Source: Deltaproteobacteria bacterium (GTDB lineage: Bacteria; SAR324; NAC60-12). Taken from it: a stretch of DNA of 64,000 nt. The stretch is from contig JAYOTF010000011.1 in the NCBI GenBank assembly GCA_038150265.1, positions 19,274 to 83,273 on the forward strand. The letters are read 5' to 3'. This document shows, in pieces, positions 9,005 to 18,890 of this stretch. A model generated the notes under the pieces. It saw only the letters and a program-made list of their open reading frames with translations, was not told the origin of the DNA and ran no database searches. The first letter of the stretch is position 1; each line of letters begins with the position of its first letter. A program made the translations under genes and the position numbers.

Positions 9005-11152
9005 ATGTCGCTAACGAGATTCTACCAGCAAGCGAAAATCCTGCCATTTCTTCTCACCAGTCTTCTGGTCCTCCCCGGGGCTTTGGGCGCACAGGTTGCG
9101 GATTATGCGCAGACGTGGAGCACCGCCCGGGCCGCATTTGTGGCTCAGGAGCCTGAACAGGCCCTGCAGGAGCTGACCCCGCTGCTGCAAAGCGATGCCC
9201 CCTTCACCTGGCAACAGCGCGGGTGGATGCTCGCCGGCAAGAGCCTCCTGGCGCTCGGACGGCCTCAGGAAGCCAAGCAGTGGTTTGAAAAGGTCTCTCT
9301 TCCCGAAAACGAGCATTACGACCTCTGGCTATACTATCGTGCCGAAAGTCACCTGCAGGCTCAAGAGTACGAGCGGGCCTTTTACCTCATGGAGCTGCTG
9401 CTCCAGCACCCGCGTTACGAATCGTACCTCCCCCGCATCCGCCAGTCCCTGGCCCAGCAGGCTCAGGCGCCGGCTGCAGGGACGTACCTGCTGAGCCTGC
9501 TCAACAAACCTGAAAATCACGCCGAGTCCCTGCTGGAAGACGACCGCATTTACCGGCTCTACCTGAAGGCGGCCGAGCAAGCCGGACAGCCCATTCCGGT
9601 GGAACAGCAGCTGCTGGCCTGGAAGAATCCGGGAAGCGAAGCCGCTGCTCGTCAGACCCAGCAGCTCCTGGAGCAGCAGAACACCCCCATCAGCGATGCG
9701 GCCGTCCGGGAGCGTGTGGATGCCCTCCGGCGCCTGCGCGCCCGAGACTACCTCCTGGAGCAACTGCCGCTGCTGATGAAGGGACGGTCTGCCGAGCTGC
9801 AAACGGAACTCGGCAAAATCTACATCCGGACCCTCTTCTACTCGCGGCAGTACTCCAAGATGGTTCGGCATTACCAGCGCAAGGACTTCCGCAAGCGCTA
9901 CGCGGTTCCCGAGGAGACCGAGTACTACTGGATGATGCGGGCCTACCAGCGCCTGAAGCGGACCAAGGACGCCCGCTTCCTGCTCTACAAGCTGGAAGAG
10001 AACCATCCCAACTCCCCCCTCCTGCCCCTGGGTTATGAGCACATGGCCTCCTACTACCAGGGTCAGCGAGAAGCCGAAAATGCCGCCTTCTGGTGGCGCC
10101 GCTTCCTGGAGCGGGTTCCCAAGCACCGCGACCGCGAGGGCATGCTCTGGAACCTGGCCTGGCACCACTCGCGCGGCAAGGGCTTCCTGACCGCCCTCAA
10201 GTACCTGGAGCAGGGCCTTGAAGAAGAAGCGCTGGGGCCCGAAACCCGAGGCAAGTTCCTCTACTGGAGCGGACAGTTTCACCTCAAGCTTCAGCAAAAA
10301 GAAGAAGCCCAGAAGCGCTTTGTGTCCCTCGCCGACACCCTGCCCAACACCTACTACGGCCTCCGGCTCCGGCTGGACCAGCCCAACCTCTTCCCGGCCC
10401 CGCAGCCTCCCAAGGCCCTGGAAGAGCTGGACCTCCAGCTCAGTGAGCGCGAAGCCTCGTTCCTCCAGCACTGCGAGTACCTCTTCGAGGTTCTGGAGTC
10501 GGACCTTGCCGTCTGGCGCCTCCGCCAGGCCTTCCGTGACAAGCCCAGCCAGGCCCTGGTGCTGGAAACCGGAATGGTGCTGCAGCGGTATCACGAGTAC
10601 CACGCGCTTCAGAAGCTGGTTGCCGGCCGTTACATCCAACGCCTGAAGTCGCAGGACGTAGACGGCCAACCCGTCTGGACCATGGTCTTTCCCCGCCCGT
10701 ACTGGGAGCAGGTGCAGCACTATGCTGAAGACGCCGGCATTGACCCCTACTGGGCCCTTGCCATCATGCGGGAAGAGAGCCTCTTTGACCCTCAGGCCGT
10801 CTCCTCGGCCAATGCCATGGGCCTCATGCAGCTCATGCCCGCCACAGCGAAGGACGTGGCCAGCTGGAAGAACATCGACCTGCGCATTCCGGATGACGTC
10901 TTCAATCCTCACATCAATGCCCGCCTCGGCACGAGCTACCTCGGGCACCTCGCCAGTCGGTTTGAGGATGAACTCATCCTCACGGCCGGAAGCTACAACG
11001 CCGGGCCCGGAAACATGGGCAAGTGGCTCAAGCGCATCCGCTTCCACTCCCTCGACGAGTTTGTCGAAGACATTCCCTTTGAAGAGACGCGCAACTACGT
11101 CAAGCGCGTCTACCGGACTTACCAGCTCTACAAGCAGCTCTACCAAGGCTGA
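9005..11152 (+). CDS. slt: Soluble lytic murein transglycosylase (Slt70-like; TPR-like superhelix plus SLT domain)
   Basis: Signal peptide; TPR-like repeats; SLT motifs IMREES, AMGLMQLMPATA, SYNAGPG, ETRNYVKRV. Confidence 0.92.
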   Translation: MSLTRFYQQAKILPFLLTSLLVLPGALGAQVADYAQTWSTARAAFVAQEPEQALQELTPLLQSDAPFTWQQRGWMLAGKSLLALGRPQEAKQWFEKVSLPENEHYDLWLYYRAESHLQAQEYERAFYLMELLLQHPRYESYLPRIRQSLAQQAQAPAAGTYLLSLLNKPENHAESLLEDDRIYRLYLKAAEQAGQPIPVEQQLLAWKNPGSEAAARQTQQLLEQQNTPISDAAVRERVDALRRLRARDYLLEQLPLLMKGRSAELQTELGKIYIRTLFYSRQYSKMVRHYQRKDFRKRYAVPEETEYYWMMRAYQRLKRTKDARFLLYKLEENHPNSPLLPLGYEHMASYYQGQREAENAAFWWRRFLERVPKHRDREGMLWNLAWHHSRGKGFLTALKYLEQGLEEEALGPETRGKFLYWSGQFHLKLQQKEEAQKRFVSLADTLPNTYYGLRLRLDQPNLFPAPQPPKALEELDLQLSEREASFLQHCEYLFEVLESDLAVWRLRQAFRDKPSQALVLETGMVLQRYHEYHALQKLVAGRYIQRLKSQDVDGQPVWTMVFPRPYWEQVQHYAEDAGIDPYWALAIMREESLFDPQAVSSANAMGLMQLMPATAKDVASWKNIDLRIPDDVFNPHINARLGTSYLGHLASRFEDELILTAGSYNAGPGNMGKWLKRIRFHSLDEFVEDIPFEETRNYVKRVYRTYQLYKQLYQG

Positions 11153-11278
11153 CGTCTTCCTCAGCGGCGGGTCCTGAAAACGCTGGACTCGCCCCGGTAA
11201 ATGGGGACAATGCCTGATCAGGCTGTTTGAGGTGCACTGGGTGTTTCAAACTCTTCCCCCCTTTCCCTTAGGAGACAC

Positions 11279-12061
11279 ATGCGCTTTGCGGCACTATCCC
11301 CCGTTGGTTTGCACTACCGGATTTCCGGCAACCCCAGAGGGCCGGCGGTCCTCTTCCTCAATCCCCTTGGTACCGACCTGCGGCTCTGGAACCGGGTCAT
11401 CCCCGGCTTTCAGGAACGCTTCCGGGTGATCCGCATGGACCACCGTGGGCAGGGCCTTTCGGACGCGCCTGCCGGGCCTTACACCGTCTTTGAGATGGCC
11501 GAAGACGTGGCTCGGCTGCTGGATCACCTCGAGATCCGCTCCGCCTCTGTTGTCGGCCTCTCCATCGGAGGCCTGATTGCTCAGGCGCTGGCGACGCTGC
11601 GTCCGGAACTGGTCTTCCGCCTCATCCTCTGTGACACCGGTGCCGTCATTGGAACCCCAGAGGGCTGGGAGGAACGCATCCAGGCCGTCACCTCCGGAGG
11701 GCTGGAAGCCGTTGCGGCCGCCACGCTGGAGCGCTGGCTTCCTGCCGAATACCGACAGGACCACCCGGAAGAAGGGGCCCTCTGGCAAAACCTGCTGCTC
11801 CGGACCTCCAGGCAGGGCTACCTGGGAGCCTGTGCCGCTCTGCGAGACGCCAACCTGACGGAATCCACCCGAGCACTCAGTGTTCCGGCTCTGGTCCTCT
11901 GTGGCTCGGAAGACACGGTCACGCCCCCTTCGCTCGGTGAAGAGCTGGCCGGTCTGATTTCCGGAGCCGAGTTCGACCTCATCGAAGGGGCGGCGCACCT
12001 GCCCTGCCTCGACCGTTCCGAACTGCTGGGGCACCGCATCCGGCAGTTCCTTTCGCGGTAA
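11279..12061 (+). CDS. pcaD: 3-oxoadipate enol-lactonase-like alpha/beta hydrolase
   Basis: NPLGTDLRLW, DHRGQGLSD, nucleophile GLSIGG, GYLGACAALRDANL, AAHL; RBS AGGAG upstream. Confidence 0.8.
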   Translation: MRFAALSPVGLHYRISGNPRGPAVLFLNPLGTDLRLWNRVIPGFQERFRVIRMDHRGQGLSDAPAGPYTVFEMAEDVARLLDHLEIRSASVVGLSIGGLIAQALATLRPELVFRLILCDTGAVIGTPEGWEERIQAVTSGGLEAVAAATLERWLPAEYRQDHPEEGALWQNLLLRTSRQGYLGACAALRDANLTESTRALSVPALVLCGSEDTVTPPSLGEELAGLISGAEFDLIEGAAHLPCLDRSELLGHRIRQFLSR

Positions 12062-12075
12062 CTTCCGGAGGCTCC

Positions 12076-12915
12076 GTGCTCGAATCCGCCCTGCGCCCCT
12101 TTTTGGAACTCGTTGAGCAGCAGACCCCGTTTGTGGCGGTCACGCTCGTCGAGGCCAAGGGCAGCACCCCACAGGATGCCGGCAGCCGGATGCTGGTCAC
12201 CGCCTCCGGACGGCACTGGGGCACGGTCGGTGGCGGACGCATTGAACAGAAGGCGCTCGCCGAGGCTCAGGCGCTGCTCCAGCAGTGGGCGCCTGCTCCC
12301 GAGTTCCGACGCTGGAACCTCAACAAGGACGTGGGCATGACCTGCGGCGGATCCGTTTCGCTGTTCTTTGAGCCCGTCGGGGTGCATCCCTGGCAAATCG
12401 TCATCTATGGCGCCGGACACGTCGCGCAGGCCCTGGTTCCCCTCCTCCTGCCCCTGCCGGCTCAGGTCCTCTGCCTGGATCCCCGCTCCGAGTGGCTCAG
12501 CCAGCTTCCGGAGGCGCCCAACCTGACCCGGCAGCAGGCCCCCGACCTCCCGGAAACGGTGGATCAGGTTTCCCCAGAAGCCTTTGTGCTGTGCCTGACC
12601 TCCGGACACGCCACCGATCGTCCCATCCTCCAGCGCTTTCTGGAGCGTGGCAACCAGGCCTTCCTTGGCGCCATCGGCAGCCGTGCCAAAGCCGCAACGC
12701 TCCGCAAGGAGCTGCAGGCGTCTGGGCTGACCGCGGAGCAAGTCCAGGCCTTTTCCTGTCCGCTGGGCTGGTCGCTGGGCACCAATCATCCGCACGAAAT
12801 TGCCATCAGCATTGCGGCTCAGCTGCTTCATGAACGCGACCAGCGCGCCGGCATTCAGCACCACCGGGTGCCCCTGCCTCCGCGGGAAACCGAGAGCCGC
12901 GACACAGGAATTTGA
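12076..12915 (+). CDS. xdhC: Xanthine dehydrogenase accessory protein XdhC
   Basis: GSTPQDAGSRMLV, GTVGGGRIE, GMTCGG, IYGAGHVAQAL, GAIGSRAK, PHEIAISIAAQL. Confidence 0.92.
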   Translation: MLESALRPFLELVEQQTPFVAVTLVEAKGSTPQDAGSRMLVTASGRHWGTVGGGRIEQKALAEAQALLQQWAPAPEFRRWNLNKDVGMTCGGSVSLFFEPVGVHPWQIVIYGAGHVAQALVPLLLPLPAQVLCLDPRSEWLSQLPEAPNLTRQQAPDLPETVDQVSPEAFVLCLTSGHATDRPILQRFLERGNQAFLGAIGSRAKAATLRKELQASGLTAEQVQAFSCPLGWSLGTNHPHEIAISIAAQLLHERDQRAGIQHHRVPLPPRETESRDTGI

Positions 12916-13030
12916 CCCCGAGCCACGACCGTAGCTTGCTCTCAGTGCGGGAATCCCGCACAATGCACGGTTCGCACAGTGACCCTCGCACAACACCATC
13001 CAGAATTTCCTGTTTCTTCCGTTTCCACTC

Positions 13031-16000
13031 ATGCAGCTTCCGTTTTCCGAAGTCTTTCCCCGGCTCCAGCACGCCTCTGAACTCCTCCACCTCGATGGCC
13101 TGCAGGGCTCCAGCAAGGCCCTGCTCCTGACGCTGCTTCAGCACGTCCGGCAACGTCCGTTTGTCGTCCTTTGCGAGTCCTACGAGGTGGCTGAACGGCT
13201 GCATGCCGACCTGGCCTACTTCAGTGGTCCGGAGGGGCTGCGCTTCTTTCCACATTGGGACGTCCTTCCCTATGACAACTTTTCTCCACACCGTTCGCTC
13301 ACCGCTGAGCGCTTCCAGACCCTGCACGCGCTGCTGCACTCAGAGGCCCGGATTGTCGTCACCACGCCCCATGCGCTCATGCAGAAGCTCATGCCGCGCC
13401 GGGTGTTTGAGGCCGCCACCCTGCGCCTCACTGCGGGGCAGCCGGAGGTGCTGGAGACCCTGACCCGGCTGCTCCGGGAAAGTGGTTACGTGGCCGTGGA
13501 CACCGTGGAGGATCAGGGCGAATTTGGCCTGCATGGGCACATCCTTGACCTCTTTCCAATGGGGGCTCCCCATCCGTATCGCCTGGAGTGGAAGGCGGAA
13601 GACGGCGTGGAGGTGCTGGAGCGCATCCTGCCGTTTGACGTTCAGACCCAGCTCAGCCGCGCTGAAGAAGTGAAGGCCCTGGAGCTGCTGCCGGCTGCCG
13701 AGGTCCTCTTCACCGAAGCCACCCAGCAGAAGGCGCGCCTGGCCCTCAGTGACCGGCGCAAGGACTGCGACCCCCAGGTCTTCCGGAACCTGGACCGGCA
13801 CCTGCGAGAGGCCGAGGTCTTTCCCGGAATGGAATCCCTGGCGCCGCTGTTCTTTGGCGCGCTTGAGACGCTGCTGGACTACCTTCCAGAGGAAGCCCAG
13901 CTCGTGTTTGACGAAGAGGACGTCCTCCACGACCGGGCTGAGCATTTTTACAGCGAGGTCTTCATGGAGTACGAACTCAGCCTGCAGCAAGAACGCCTGA
14001 CGCTGCCACCGGAGCTGCTCTTTCTGGACCACCGCGAATTCAAGCGCCTGGCCGACCAGCGCCTCAACTTCACCCTGCAGGCAGACGAGCCCCGAGAGGC
14101 CTTTGGGCAGCGCCTCCGCCTCCCGTTCACCAACAACCGCAAGCTCCGGGAAGGCTTCCGCGACCAGGCGGCTCTCTCGGCCTCCGGACATGCCGTCCAG
14201 CGCCTCGGGGAGTGGCAGCAGGAAACCCGGCACGTGCTGCTCAATGCCCGGAACCAGACTCAGGCCGATCACTTCCGGATGCTGCTGGAGGACCTCAGTG
14301 TGGAGGCTCACCCCACCGAGCCCAGCATTCATGCCGAAGACTGGCAGGCCTGGCTGCTCGGCCAGACGCTTCCGCAGGCTCCTCAAGGCGGGTTCCCGAT
14401 CTTCCACGGCACCCTCTCGGCCGGCTTTCAGCTCCTCAGCCCCGAGGGCACCGTGCTGTTTGCCCTGGTCACGGAAGAGGAAATCTTTGGCGAAAAGACC
14501 CGCAGCCGCCGGACCCAGCGGGCACAGGTTCAGGCCACCGCGGGCAGCCTGGATGACCTCAAGGAAAACGACCTCGTGGTTCACCTCGACCACGGCATCG
14601 GCCGGTACCGAGGCCTCCAGAAAATTGACGCCGGTGGACAGTCGCACGAGTTCATGCTCCTCACCTTTGCCCGCGACGAAAAGGTCTATGTTCCCATTGG
14701 GAAGTTCCACCTCGTCCAGAAGTACGTCAACCCCGATGGCGGCCCGGCCAAACTCAACAAGCTCGGTGACAAGGTCTGGAAGAAAACCCGGGCCCGCGTC
14801 GCCAAGGCTGTGGAGGACATTGCCGAGGAGCTGGCGGAAATTTATGCGAAGCGCAAGGCCCGGCGCGGAATCGCCTTTGCTCCGGATGACCACGACATGA
14901 AGGAGTTTGAGCTGGGCTTCCCCTTTGAGGAAACACCGGATCAGCTGCAGGCCATTGAGTTGGTCAAGAAGGACATGGAATCCGAGCAGCCCATGGACCG
15001 CCTCATCTGTGGAGACGTGGGGTTTGGCAAAACCGAGATTGCGATGCGGGCCGCGTTCAAGGCCGCCAGCCAGGGCAAGCAGGTGGTGGTGCTCGTGCCC
15101 ACCACCATCCTCGCCCAGCAGCACTACAACTCCTTCCGGAAACGCTTTGCCGATGCGCCCTTCCTCATTGACGTCCTCAGCCGGTTCCGGACCCCAGCCG
15201 AGCAGAAGGAGACGCTCAAGCGCCTCCAGGAGAAGCGCCTTGATGTCCTCATCGGCACCCACCGGCTGCTCTCCAAAGACGTCAAGTTTGCGGACCTGGG
15301 GCTGCTGATTGTCGATGAGGAGCAGCGCTTTGGCGTCAAGCACAAGGAGCGCATCAAGCAGTTCCGGGCCGAGGTAGATGTCCTCACCCTTTCGGCCACT
15401 CCGATTCCCCGGACCCTGCACATGTCGCTGATGGGCATCCGGGACCTGACCATCATCAACACGCCTCCCGCTGACCGGATGGCCATCCGGACCCGGCTGG
15501 TGCAGGCCAACGACTACATCATTCAGGAAGCCGTGGGCCGGGAGATCCGCCGAGGCGGACAGGTGTTCATCGTCCACAATCGCGTGGAGAGCATCTATGA
15601 ATACGGCAACTACCTCCAGCGCATCCTTCCGGAGGTGCGGGTGGTTGTGGGGCACGGACAGATGGGCGAGCACCAGCTGGAGCAGGTGATGATGGACTTC
15701 ATTGAAGGCCGCGCAGATGTGCTGCTTGCCACCACCATCATTGAGTCCGGACTCGACATTCCGCGGGCCAACACCATCATTGTCAACAACGCCGACCACT
15801 TTGGCCTCGCCCAGCTTTACCAGCTTCGGGGCCGGGTGGGGCGCAGCAACGTGCAGGCCTACGCTTACCTGCTTGTGTCTCCCGAGAAAATCCTCAATAG
15901 TATCGCCCGAGAACGGCTGCAGGTGCTGCAGGACCTCAACGACCTCGGCGCCGGCTTCAAGGTGGCTTCCCGAGATCTGGAAATCCGCGGGGCCGGTAAC

Positions 16001-16579
16001 CTGCTGGGCTCGGAGCAGTCGGGGCAGATCGCCAGCGTTGGGCTGGAGCTCTACACGCAGATGGTCGAGCGGGCGGTCAAACGCCTCCAGCAGCAAGACG
16101 CGCCGCAGCTGGAAAGCGAGGACATTCGTGTCAACTTCGACCACATTCCTCAAGAAATTCCAGAGAGCTACATCCGCAGCACCAACCAGCGGCTCTCGCT
16201 TTACAAGGCCCTCGCAGGCCTTCCGGATGAAGAAGCCGTCTGGGAGCTGCGCAATGCCACCGAAAACCGCTTTGGCCCCATGCCTGAGATGATGCTCAAC
16301 CTCTTCAAGCTGGCCCAGATCCGCCTCTGGGCCCAACGGCAGGGCATCACCACCGTGGAGCACCGCAGCCAGGCCATTCGCCTGCAACTGGCTGATGCCG
16401 GACGCATCAACCCGGACCAGCTCATCGCCTGGCTCTCAGAGCCCGACTGCGCCCTGCGGTACATTCCGGAGAACACGCTTGAAGTCCGCAACGTTGCGTC
16501 AAACCTCGATGACATCCTCTTTGAACTTCGGCAGCTTGATCCTCTCTTTCAGCCGGGCACCACGCCCGTTCCCGCCTGA
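13031..16579 (+). CDS. mfd: Transcription-repair coupling factor
   Basis: UvrB-like N-terminus; CarD/RID VVHLDHGIGRY; GDVGFGKTE, DEEQRFGV, QLYQLRGRVGR, DLEIRGAGNLLG; TRCF C-terminal domain. Confidence 0.98.
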   Translation: MQLPFSEVFPRLQHASELLHLDGLQGSSKALLLTLLQHVRQRPFVVLCESYEVAERLHADLAYFSGPEGLRFFPHWDVLPYDNFSPHRSLTAERFQTLHALLHSEARIVVTTPHALMQKLMPRRVFEAATLRLTAGQPEVLETLTRLLRESGYVAVDTVEDQGEFGLHGHILDLFPMGAPHPYRLEWKAEDGVEVLERILPFDVQTQLSRAEEVKALELLPAAEVLFTEATQQKARLALSDRRKDCDPQVFRNLDRHLREAEVFPGMESLAPLFFGALETLLDYLPEEAQLVFDEEDVLHDRAEHFYSEVFMEYELSLQQERLTLPPELLFLDHREFKRLADQRLNFTLQADEPREAFGQRLRLPFTNNRKLREGFRDQAALSASGHAVQRLGEWQQETRHVLLNARNQTQADHFRMLLEDLSVEAHPTEPSIHAEDWQAWLLGQTLPQAPQGGFPIFHGTLSAGFQLLSPEGTVLFALVTEEEIFGEKTRSRRTQRAQVQATAGSLDDLKENDLVVHLDHGIGRYRGLQKIDAGGQSHEFMLLTFARDEKVYVPIGKFHLVQKYVNPDGGPAKLNKLGDKVWKKTRARVAKAVEDIAEELAEIYAKRKARRGIAFAPDDHDMKEFELGFPFEETPDQLQAIELVKKDMESEQPMDRLICGDVGFGKTEIAMRAAFKAASQGKQVVVLVPTTILAQQHYNSFRKRFADAPFLIDVLSRFRTPAEQKETLKRLQEKRLDVLIGTHRLLSKDVKFADLGLLIVDEEQRFGVKHKERIKQFRAEVDVLTLSATPIPRTLHMSLMGIRDLTIINTPPADRMAIRTRLVQANDYIIQEAVGREIRRGGQVFIVHNRVESIYEYGNYLQRILPEVRVVVGHGQMGEHQLEQVMMDFIEGRADVLLATTIIESGLDIPRANTIIVNNADHFGLAQLYQLRGRVGRSNVQAYAYLLVSPEKILNSIARERLQVLQDLNDLGAGFKVASRDLEIRGAGNLLGSEQSGQIASVGLELYTQMVERAVKRLQQQDAPQLESEDIRVNFDHIPQEIPESYIRSTNQRLSLYKALAGLPDEEAVWELRNATENRFGPMPEMMLNLFKLAQIRLWAQRQGITTVEHRSQAIRLQLADAGRINPDQLIAWLSEPDCALRYIPENTLEVRNVASNLDDILFELRQLDPLFQPGTTPVPA

Positions 16580-16588
16580 CCTCCGCTG

Positions 16589-17248
16589 ATGCAACTGCTG
16601 GAATCCTGGATTCGGGAACTCGAAGGCCTGCTGGAGCAGGTCTCTCAGGTGCTGGAAGCCCTCCACACCCTTCCCTTTCACAACGACTGGCCCACGTCGG
16701 CGCCTGGTCAGCTCTATCAGCAGGCGCTGGAAGCCATGGAGGCCACGCTGCTGGCGTTCTGGCATCAGCGCGAGGCACCCATTCAGGAGCTGGAGCAGGC
16801 GGTGCTGACCTGGTTCCTCCGCGATCAGCGTCACCCGGAAGGCGTCCTCCGCAGCTGCCTCCGCTGGAATGAAGCCCTCCTTGAGGCCCTGGCGCCTCTG
16901 GAGCCCAGCCGCAAGGCCGCTGGCTGGTCCGGATTCCTTGAGCATGCCATGCTGCAGGAGCCTCACCTGGTGGCACGCCTCCGGGCGCCAGAAAGTGGCG
17001 TGGCTCCGGAAGCCCGACAGGCCCTGGCGCGTGGCTACCTCGCGTGCATGCAGCCGGTTCATCAGGCGCCACTCAGTCAACTCGGCATCCGCTTCTTCTC
17101 CCTCCTCTCGGCCTTCACACGCCGGAGCGTCTTCCTCCCAGACCTGCACACTCCACTCGGCCAACCCGCCTTCCAGGCCTCACTCGACGCCGCTCAACGC
17201 TGGGAGCGGTTCCAACAGGAATTCCTCCACACGCACCAACTCTCCTGA
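16589..17248 (+). CDS. Hypothetical alpha-helical protein
   Basis: 219 aa, 9 nt after mfd, same codon style. Confidence 0.65.
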   Translation: MQLLESWIRELEGLLEQVSQVLEALHTLPFHNDWPTSAPGQLYQQALEAMEATLLAFWHQREAPIQELEQAVLTWFLRDQRHPEGVLRSCLRWNEALLEALAPLEPSRKAAGWSGFLEHAMLQEPHLVARLRAPESGVAPEARQALARGYLACMQPVHQAPLSQLGIRFFSLLSAFTRRSVFLPDLHTPLGQPAFQASLDAAQRWERFQQEFLHTHQLS

Positions 17249-17291
17249 ACGCCACCCACCTCAAGAAATGCAACGGGTCCCGAAATGAGGC

Positions 17292-17320
17292 TTGACCTGA
17301 CCCTTTGTTATCGATAACAT
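17292..17320 (+). promoter_or_regulatory. Sigma-70 promoter (TTGACC-N17-TAACAT) overlapped by the perfect palindrome TGTTATCGATAACA (17306-17319), a LacI-family GntR-type operator
   Basis: Seen directly; matches the TGTTA-N4-TAACA pattern known for the LacI-family gluconate repressor GntR; lies just upstream of a LacI gene. Confidence 0.8.
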
Positions 17321-17371
17321 CTCGAAATCTCAGGGCGTCCCCGAGGCGTCGGATTTCAACAGAGAGCCCTC

Positions 17372-18382
17372 ATGAACGGAAACGACAAACCGATTCGGAT
17401 GCAAGAGGTCGCCGAGTATGCGGGGGTTTCCATCATGACCGTCTCGCGGGTGCTGCGGAAACCGGAGAAGGTGGCAGAGGGTTCACGCAAGCGGGTGCTG
17501 CAGGCGATTGACGCCCTGGGGTACGTTCCCGACCTCACCGCCGGCGCGCTCTCGTCGAAGCGCAGCCACTTCATTGTGGCGCTGATTCCGATGATGAACA
17601 GCTCCCCGTTTGCCGACACGATGCAGAGCCTCTCGTCGGTCCTCAACGAGGCCGGTTACCAACTGCTCATCGGCAGCACCGACTATGCGCTTGAGAAGGA
17701 AGAGTCGCTGGTCCGGACGCTGCTGGGGCACCGCCCGCAGGGCATGGTTCTGACTGGACGGCAGCACCACCCAGAGGTGTACAAGCACCTGAAGCGCTCT
17801 CAGATTCCGGTGGTGGAGATCTGGGACCTCCCTGACGAGCCCATTGATGGAGCCGTCGGCTACTCCAACTTTGATTGCGGGGTCTGCCTGACCGAATTTC
17901 TGCATGCCAAGGGGCGGCGGAAGATCGGGTTTGCGCTTGCAGAGATGCGAGACGATGACCGAGGCGAGCAGCGCCTGCAGGGCTACCTCGCAACCGTTCA
18001 GCGCCTGGGGCTTCCGGAGCTGGTGGTGCGGGCCGGGCAACCGCCGGTGACCATGGAATTGGGAGGCCGCCTGCTGCAAGACCTCCTCCAGCAGCATCCG
18101 GAAGTCGACTCGGTGATCTGCGTCAGTGACACCCTGGCGATTGGGGTGCTCTCGGAATGCCGGCAGCAGGGACGGCGGGTGCCGGAAGACCTGGCGGTGG
18201 TGGGATTTGGCGACTTCGAAGTGGCCCAGCACACCTCACCTCCGCTGACGACCATCCGGGTGTCCGGGCACGAAATTGGCCGGCAAACCGCACAGCTGCT
18301 GCTGAACCAGATTCAGGCCGGATCCTCGCCCCGCTCCAAAATTGATGTGACCTTTCAGCTAATTGAACGAGGCTCCACCTGA
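17372..18382 (+). CDS. LacI family transcriptional regulator (GntR/IdnR-like subgroup)
   Basis: HTH IRMQEVAEYAGVSIMTVSRVL; LGYVPD..AGALSS; IPVVEIWD; VVGFGD; PPLTTI. Confidence 0.93.
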   Translation: MNGNDKPIRMQEVAEYAGVSIMTVSRVLRKPEKVAEGSRKRVLQAIDALGYVPDLTAGALSSKRSHFIVALIPMMNSSPFADTMQSLSSVLNEAGYQLLIGSTDYALEKEESLVRTLLGHRPQGMVLTGRQHHPEVYKHLKRSQIPVVEIWDLPDEPIDGAVGYSNFDCGVCLTEFLHAKGRRKIGFALAEMRDDDRGEQRLQGYLATVQRLGLPELVVRAGQPPVTMELGGRLLQDLLQQHPEVDSVICVSDTLAIGVLSECRQQGRRVPEDLAVVGFGDFEVAQHTSPPLTTIRVSGHEIGRQTAQLLLNQIQAGSSPRSKIDVTFQLIERGST

Positions 18383-18419
18383 GCCCCGGATTCCGCTTCC
18401 CCTTTGCAGGAGATTGTTC

Positions 18420-18881
18420 ATGAGTTACGAAAAACGCCTTCAGGAACTGGGCATCACGCTTCCGGAAACCCCCACTCCCGTGGCCAACTACGTCCCCGGG
18501 GTCATCACGGGCGACTTGCTGTTCCTCTCCGGACAGGGCCCCCGGAAGCCGGACAACACCTTTGAACTTGGCACCATCGGCGCAGACGTCAGCGTGGAAG
18601 AAGGCTACCAGCATGCTCGCCTGACGGGGCTCTTCCTCCTCTCTGCCGCCCGGAGCATCCTGGGCAGCCTCGACCGGGTGGACCAGGTGGTGAAAATTCT
18701 GGCAATGGTCCGTGCCACCCCGGATTGCCCCGACCAGCCCAAGGTGGCCAATGGTCTGTCAGACCTGATGGTGGAAGTCTTTGGAGACGCCGGACGGCAC
18801 GCCCGTTCCGCTGTGGGCATGGGGTCGCTTCCGAACGGCATGACCTTCGAGGCCGAGGCCATTTTGCGCATCAAGCCATAA
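18420..18881 (+). CDS. RidA/YjgF/YER057c/UK114 family protein
   Basis: LGITLP..P.PVANYVP, LFLSGQGP, ANGLSDLMVEVFGDAGRHARSAVG; RBS GGAGA before ATG 18420. Confidence 0.9.
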   Translation: MSYEKRLQELGITLPETPTPVANYVPGVITGDLLFLSGQGPRKPDNTFELGTIGADVSVEEGYQHARLTGLFLLSAARSILGSLDRVDQVVKILAMVRATPDCPDQPKVANGLSDLMVEVFGDAGRHARSAVGMGSLPNGMTFEAEAILRIKP

Positions 18882-18890
18882 CCGACGGGC

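Noticed and set aside
13340..16387. 1015-aa minus-strand ORF
   Set aside because: Antisense shadow of mfd.
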